This document shows, one piece after another, positions 58,913 through 64,000 of a stretch of DNA of 64,000 nucleotides. The notes beneath the pieces were generated by a model that saw only the letters and a program-made list of their open reading frames with translations, did not search any database and was not told where the DNA came from. The DNA comes from Candidatus Nanohaloarchaea archaeon (GTDB lineage: Archaea; Nanohalarchaeota; Nanosalinia; Nanosalinales; Nanosalinaceae), in assembly GCA_047617745.1 (NCBI GenBank), contig JBLGBN010000001.1, positions 69,065 to 133,064 of the forward strand, written 5' to 3'. The first letter of the stretch is position 1, and each line of letters begins with the position of its first letter. The translations under genes were made by a program, and so were the position numbers.

Positions 58913-59152
58913 ATGGGCCGAGTTGATACACGGATACCGGATGAAGAAGAGGAACTCCTCAACAAGATCGCAGATTCAGAGAACTACCAGAGCCGTTCAG
59001 AGCTTGTAAGAGAAGCTATAAGAGAAATGATAAACAGGAAAATTGAAAGAGAAGAGCTCAGAGAAGTAAAAAAGAGGATAGAAGAAGTGAAAGCCGGAGA
59101 AGCAGAGCTCGTAGAAGACAAAGAAGTAATGGAGAAAGCAGATCTGAAGTGA
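58913..59152 (+). CDS. RHH antitoxin
   Basis: SRSELVREAIR; upstream of a RelE-like gene. Confidence 0.8.
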   Translation: MGRVDTRIPDEEEELLNKIADSENYQSRSELVREAIREMINRKIEREELREVKKRIEEVKAGEAELVEDKEVMEKADLK

Positions 59153-59158
59153 TGCCCT

Positions 59159-59464
59159 GTGAAGGTAAAATGGCATCCAGAAGCAGAGAAAGAGTTCCTG
59201 GAACTCGAGAAAGAAGTACAGAAAAAGGTAATAGAAGGAAAAGAACAGCTGGCAGAGAAAGGACTGAAATTTGAGAAAGCCGGCCCTGTTTTCGACCCTG
59301 AGCTAGGACTTGAAGCATTCAGGCTCAGAATTGATTCAGGCAAAGCCAACCACAGACTTGTTTTCGATATAGCTGACTCCTGTATTGTGATCTACAAGGT
59401 TGGCAGAAGAGACAGTTTCTACAGTCAAGAAAAACTTGAGGAAGTCAAGGACAGAAAGAAATAG
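59159..59464 (+). CDS. RelE/ParE-like toxin
   Basis: MKVKWHPEAEKEF, RLRI, R.VF, VG.R..FY. Confidence 0.75.
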   Translation: MKVKWHPEAEKEFLELEKEVQKKVIEGKEQLAEKGLKFEKAGPVFDPELGLEAFRLRIDSGKANHRLVFDIADSCIVIYKVGRRDSFYSQEKLEEVKDRKK

Positions 59465-60361
59465 TCATTTGTAGCCAAGTTTTGACAGCTTTTCCTTGAT
59501 CTCCTCTTCTTCGCTTTCCTTCTCAGAAGTATTTTCGGATTCCTTGATCTCCCTTCTTTCACCGTCAATTACCATCCAGGGAACCTTGACTAACTTTTCA
59601 TCATAGATCCCGATCGGATGTCCCCACTCTTTGATCGGTATTGGTGAGACTCTTTCACCGTAGACATTTCCGTGGTCAGCGGTTACAACTGTTTTACCTT
59701 CAAGGTTCTCAACAAGTCTCTCAACCTCTTCAACTACGTAATCGAACGTCTTTCTGTAATCGCTCCAAGCTGCCTCAGGATCAACATCTACTTCCCCCGA
59801 CATAACTTTATGCCAGATATGCTCTATACCTGTCGGAATCTCGATCTCTTCATCCCTGCTTACGAACGGGTAATGCGGCTGCATGTAGTGAACGACGAGA
59901 CGTTTGTCACTGTTTTCCTCAAACGATTCAATTGCTTTGTCGGTTACTGTTTCAGGCATCACTGTATCGAAGATGTTGTTCCATCCTTCTCCTCCCCAGA
60001 TGTTCTCAACTTTGAATAAGTCAGAATCAATATCTTCTTTCATCTCCGAGAAATGTGGATTGGCAGTAACATAGACTGTGTCGTACAGCTTTTTCCCTCT
60101 AAAGTTACCTCTGAGAAACTCCGGTGTGCTCGCGCCTTTTGAAACTCTGGACTGGAGTTCGCCTTCAAGATCTATCTGTTCAAAAAGTTTGTACCTGCAG
60201 GCATCCAGAATAATCAGGTTGTCCCAGTCCTCCTCGAAAACATCTGTTCCGTTGGTGTTATGGTTTTGGGAGCCGTTTCTCGTATGGTAAATCCTGTTCA
60301 GTTCTCTGCCGATAAGCCGCGGGTTCTTCAGACCTCTCTTGATCTTTCTGAGAGAATACAT
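59465..60361 (-). CDS. Sulfatase-like AlkP superfamily protein
   Basis: LDACR, QPHYPF, TADHG, VPW, C-terminal LSKLGY. Confidence 0.85.
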   Translation of the reverse strand: MYSLRKIKRGLKNPRLIGRELNRIYHTRNGSQNHNTNGTDVFEEDWDNLIILDACRYKLFEQIDLEGELQSRVSKGASTPEFLRGNFRGKKLYDTVYVTANPHFSEMKEDIDSDLFKVENIWGGEGWNNIFDTVMPETVTDKAIESFEENSDKRLVVHYMQPHYPFVSRDEEIEIPTGIEHIWHKVMSGEVDVDPEAAWSDYRKTFDYVVEEVERLVENLEGKTVVTADHGNVYGERVSPIPIKEWGHPIGIYDEKLVKVPWMVIDGERREIKESENTSEKESEEEEIKEKLSKLGYK

Positions 60362-60366
60362 TGTTA

Positions 60367-61800
60367 CTAGATATCAAGATCGTTGAGGTTTTCAGTACTG
60401 GAAGGTTTCTCAGGTTCGAAATCTTCGGCGAATATATCAATCACTTCTCCGTCTACATCCAGTTCCTGACCGATGTAATGGGCAATAGTTGGAGCGACAT
60501 CTACAAGCTCTGATCTAGGTGCTCTACCCTGTTTGAAGCTTTTTCCTCTTGCTCCGACTATACCGGTTTCACTGTGGATGAAAGCGTCGGTCTTGAACAG
60601 TTCTTTGGTGAAAAGTGATGATCCTACTCCTGTGTCCTCGGTTGTCTTGAAAACAATTTCCGGCATATTTTCCGGTTCATCGTATAGATCTTCTCTTCTC
60701 CAGACTTCTGCGATAAACTCTTCTTCCCGGAGCTCATTCTCTATTCTGTCGAGAACTTTTTCTCTATCCATTTCTACTCCTTTCTCGAACTTTTCATCGT
60801 TAAGGTTGATATCGCCGTGATTGTTTCCTCCACCTCGGAATGAGAAGGCTTTAGTGTTCTCGAAATCTATGTGGTTCACTCCTTTTCTTCCTGGTGAAAA
60901 GTCTACTCCTGCTGTCGAATTTAATAGATCGTTTCCAAGTTTCAGAACCGGTCTCAACCTTGTCTCTGCAAGTGGCGAAAGCAGTTTCTGTATTCTATCC
61001 ATCAATGTTCTGGAGCTTTTATCTTCTTCTGAATCGTCTGAACCGGTTTTCTGATTGAGTAGACCTCTGTTCTCCAGCCAGGTGTTGACGTAGAACATTT
61101 TATCTATATGAGTGAAGCCGTGGTCGGAGACGAGTAGAATATCGTCGTATTCCTCCATTCTCTTTCCAAGAACTTTATCGACTTCCTCGTAAGCCTCCAT
61201 TATCTGATCCAAGTTCTTGGATCGGTGGGCTGTGGTATCTGTCAATTGGTAAACCTCGATCCTTACATCCGCGTCCTCATCTATTTTGTCGAATATTTCT
61301 TTTCTCTTGTGGAAATTGGTGAAGAATGCCTGTCTTCTTCTCTCCCTGGTTGCCTGGCCGTCTTTCTCAACGAAATCAAACTCTGGAAGTTTCTCCTTCA
61401 GGCTTTCCGGGTAGACGCTTGGATCCTCAACCATCGGGAATCCTTCAAATACATAGCCGTTGACAGGCCAGAGTGGGGACGTGCCGGGAACGTTGATCAG
61501 TCCGAACTCTCCTTCAAGTTTGTCCCAGAGCATTTCTCCCTGCCACCGGGAAGAGGTGATAGAACTTCTGCTGTAATCCGGGTTCATCTCGGTCATATGG
61601 TATGTGTCAAACTTGTCAGGCTGTAACCCTGAAAACATTGAGACCCAGGCAGGGATTGTTATCGGCGGCGTGGTTGAATCCATTTTTCCGAAACAACCCT
61701 GCTCCCTGAACTTCTCCAGGTTCGGCATCAAACCCCTGTCTATCGCCTCATCAACCCATTCCTCAACTGCGCCGTCCATACCGAATACAAGTAATGTCAT
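60367..61800 (-). CDS. Type I phosphodiesterase/nucleotide pyrophosphatase-like (AlkP) protein
   Basis: GMDG, PPITIPAW, D..AH, SDHG, DVAPTI. Confidence 0.88.
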   Translation of the reverse strand: MTLLVFGMDGAVEEWVDEAIDRGLMPNLEKFREQGCFGKMDSTTPPITIPAWVSMFSGLQPDKFDTYHMTEMNPDYSRSSITSSRWQGEMLWDKLEGEFGLINVPGTSPLWPVNGYVFEGFPMVEDPSVYPESLKEKLPEFDFVEKDGQATRERRRQAFFTNFHKRKEIFDKIDEDADVRIEVYQLTDTTAHRSKNLDQIMEAYEEVDKVLGKRMEEYDDILLVSDHGFTHIDKMFYVNTWLENRGLLNQKTGSDDSEEDKSSRTLMDRIQKLLSPLAETRLRPVLKLGNDLLNSTAGVDFSPGRKGVNHIDFENTKAFSFRGGGNNHGDINLNDEKFEKGVEMDREKVLDRIENELREEEFIAEVWRREDLYDEPENMPEIVFKTTEDTGVGSSLFTKELFKTDAFIHSETGIVGARGKSFKQGRAPRSELVDVAPTIAHYIGQELDVDGEVIDIFAEDFEPEKPSSTENLNDLDI

Positions 61801-62666
61801 TAAATCTCAACCTCGTGGACTTTTTCATCGGCTTTGCTGTAATCTACTTTTTCTAGGGCTTTGAACAGTATCTCGGTAATTTTAACCGGTTCGTCTATAT
61901 CTGTGTTCATGGCGTAGAACGCCTGATCTCTGTGACCGCCGTCCTCCAATCCATGATCCGAGCAGAAAACCACTAGCGTTTCTTCATCGACTTTTTCCAG
62001 TATTTTTCCAGCTAATTCATTCATCTCGTTGTAGATTTCCTCATCTTTCTCATTCTTTGAGTAGATATGTTGCATCCAGTCAGGATAGTGCAGGTGCTGC
62101 ATAACCAACTTGTGCTCGCCAATATTCTCGAACAACTGTTTCTTCCTGTACAGGTGCTCGGCTTTAACATCCCGAACCACACGCTCTCTCGGAACCGGCG
62201 CATGCTTTTTGTAAACCGCGTTGACATTCATTTTACCTGCTAAATAAGGGTAATGAGAGTAACCTGGTATATCCAGCGGCTTTGAATCCGCTACCTTTTC
62301 AAAGATACTGTCAACTTTCATATTCTCCTTTGTCGGGGCGGATATACTGGAGTCGAAAATGTAATGCATTATAGCTTCTCTCAGCTTTATAGCGCTCCAA
62401 CCGAAACGGTTCAGAACCTTTTTCAGAAGTTCATCGTACCTCCTGACCTTCTCTCCCTTGAACTTCAGCATCGAATCAATACCGTGCTCCTCCGGTTTAA
62501 CCCCTGTAATCATTGAGGACCAGAGAAGAGGAGTCTTCAGTGGAAGACCTTCCAGATCCATCTTGCCAAAGCTTTCCAGCATCAGGTTTTCACAGTCGTA
62601 CTCCTTTATTTTCTGGTAGTCAAGCCCGTCAAAACCCACGACGAGCATTCTCTCAAATTCTGTCAT
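61800..62666 (-). CDS. AlkP superfamily protein
   Basis: GFDG, TP.LWSS, D..QH, SDHG. Confidence 0.8.
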   Translation of the reverse strand: MTEFERMLVVGFDGLDYQKIKEYDCENLMLESFGKMDLEGLPLKTPLLWSSMITGVKPEEHGIDSMLKFKGEKVRRYDELLKKVLNRFGWSAIKLREAIMHYIFDSSISAPTKENMKVDSIFEKVADSKPLDIPGYSHYPYLAGKMNVNAVYKKHAPVPRERVVRDVKAEHLYRKKQLFENIGEHKLVMQHLHYPDWMQHIYSKNEKDEEIYNEMNELAGKILEKVDEETLVVFCSDHGLEDGGHRDQAFYAMNTDIDEPVKITEILFKALEKVDYSKADEKVHEVEI

Positions 62667-62727
62667 TTCCTGTAACTAACCGTTGTATTCCAACCCTCTT
62701 AAATCTGAAGCAGGGAAAATAACCAGT

Positions 62728-64000
62728 ATGGACAAACAGAAAACTCTGAACGCACTGGCAAAAGGAGCCGGCTGGGCAGCCATCGGAATGGTAGTATCCA
62801 AGTTCATGACATTTACCTTTCGAGCTGTTATAGCCCGGTTTCTAGATCCAAGTGCTTATGGACAGTTTTCCCTTGGCCTTTCGGTTCTGGTAATTCTCAA
62901 CTCTATCGCGTTTCTTGCGATGGGTTCCGCAGCCAAGAAATATATTTCGGAATACCTTACCAAAGACGATTTTGCTTCTGTAAAAGGTGCTATATATTCC
63001 AGTTTTGGCCTTGTACTTCCATTTTCACTTCTAGCTACCGCAGTAATGTTTTTTGGAGCTGATTTCATCGCCTACGATGTTTTTAATACAGAAAACCCTC
63101 AACAGCTGAAAACCATTATTCAGATTCTGGCTTTTGTTCCTCCATTAGGAAATCTCCTGGATCTCTCGGAAGCAATTGTACTGGCCTACAAGAAAGTTAA
63201 ATATGAAGTTCTGACCGAGATGCTTTTCCGGAACTTTGTACAGCTTCTAGTAACAGCTGTACTTCTCGTACTAGGTTTCAATATTATTTCCGCTGCCTGG
63301 GGATGGCTTATAGCTGTTCTATTCGCTCTTGTGCTGATACTCTATCTTATTGAATTTAGATTAGGGCCTATAGTACGATCCAGTACAAAGCCAAATCTTA
63401 TGCCGAGAAAAATGCTTAATTTCTCCGCCCCTCTAGTTCTAGGGAGTATTATAGGTACTATCCTCGGGCATACCGACACTTTAATGCTGGGATATTTCCT
63501 GACCGACACACAGGTAGGAATCTATAATGTGGCGCTGCCGATAGCAGTACTGATTAAACTCCCGTACGAAGCTCTAGGGAAACTGGCCTTACCTTCAATT
63601 TCCGAAATGAAAGAGCAGGATGAAAAAGAGATTCCTGATATAATAAAAACTCTGACCCGGTGGAGTATAGCAGTTTCCTTCCCTATATTCGCTGTTGTAG
63701 CTCTATTCCCTGAACAGACCATTCAGTTACTATTCGGAAACCAGTATGTTGCTGGTGCGACTGCCCTAATTATACTGGCTTTCGGCCGTTTCGTAAAATC
63801 TGCTACAGGTCACATGGGATCAATAATTCAGACATATGAAGAAACCCAGATAATCTTCAAGAACTCTTTTGCGAAGTTCATAATCAATGTAGGACTTAAC
63901 CTCCTCCTGATACCAATAATCGGTATAATAGGAGCAGCTATTGCAACCGCAGGCACCATGATCTTCATGAACCTCCTGATTGTTGCAGAAGTCTACCATA
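62728..64000 (+). CDS. Polysaccharide flippase (Wzx/MOP family), 3'-truncated
   Basis: Hand translation MDKQKTLNALAKGAGW...ARFL.P..YG.F...TDTLMLGYF....VGIYN...LN.LLIP..GIIGAAIAT; runs off the window. Confidence 0.88.
   Translation, partial: MDKQKTLNALAKGAGWAAIGMVVSKFMTFTFRAVIARFLDPSAYGQFSLGLSVLVILNSIAFLAMGSAAKKYISEYLTKDDFASVKGAIYSSFGLVLPFSLLATAVMFFGADFIAYDVFNTENPQQLKTIIQILAFVPPLGNLLDLSEAIVLAYKKVKYEVLTEMLFRNFVQLLVTAVLLVLGFNIISAAWGWLIAVLFALVLILYLIEFRLGPIVRSSTKPNLMPRKMLNFSAPLVLGSIIGTILGHTDTLMLGYFLTDTQVGIYNVALPIAVLIKLPYEALGKLALPSISEMKEQDEKEIPDIIKTLTRWSIAVSFPIFAVVALFPEQTIQLLFGNQYVAGATALIILAFGRFVKSATGHMGSIIQTYEETQIIFKNSFAKFIINVGLNLLLIPIIGIIGAAIATAGTMIFMNLLIVAEVYH

Overview
Gene-dense archaeal DNA with a strongly acidic proteome and moderate GC, most consistent with a nanohaloarchaeon (DPANN); this assignment is an inference. 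In order: (1) a partial multidomain membrane protein, DUF357-dph5 and a Trm5-like methyltransferase; (2) three helical proteins, two of them clear paralogues and two carrying twin-arginine motifs; (3) a ~13 kb cell-surface cluster (PKD/Ig-like proteins, three paralogous ASGC-lipobox lipoproteins, a large membrane protein); (4) pelota and HtrA; (5) a ~9.4 kb element integrated at the 3' end of tRNA-Ser(GCT), bounded by a 20-bp direct repeat. It encodes a tyrosine integrase, two ATPases, small regulators and a two-gene cargo (PUA/EVE-like protein plus class III nucleotide cyclase), the best candidate for an undescribed defence/signalling system; (6) housekeeping genes (PRC barrel, SAMP, MazG, Ogg1, NAC, secDF); (7) an aglB-anchored glycosylation locus with a CysD-like enzyme, four AlkP-superfamily enzymes, FolD plus a formyltransferase, three TA pairs and a flippase. 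At least two conserved genes appear to start at ATC/ATT codons behind a GGTGA Shine-Dalgarno. No CRISPR array or rRNA was seen. All family calls are by eye from motifs; no searches were run.
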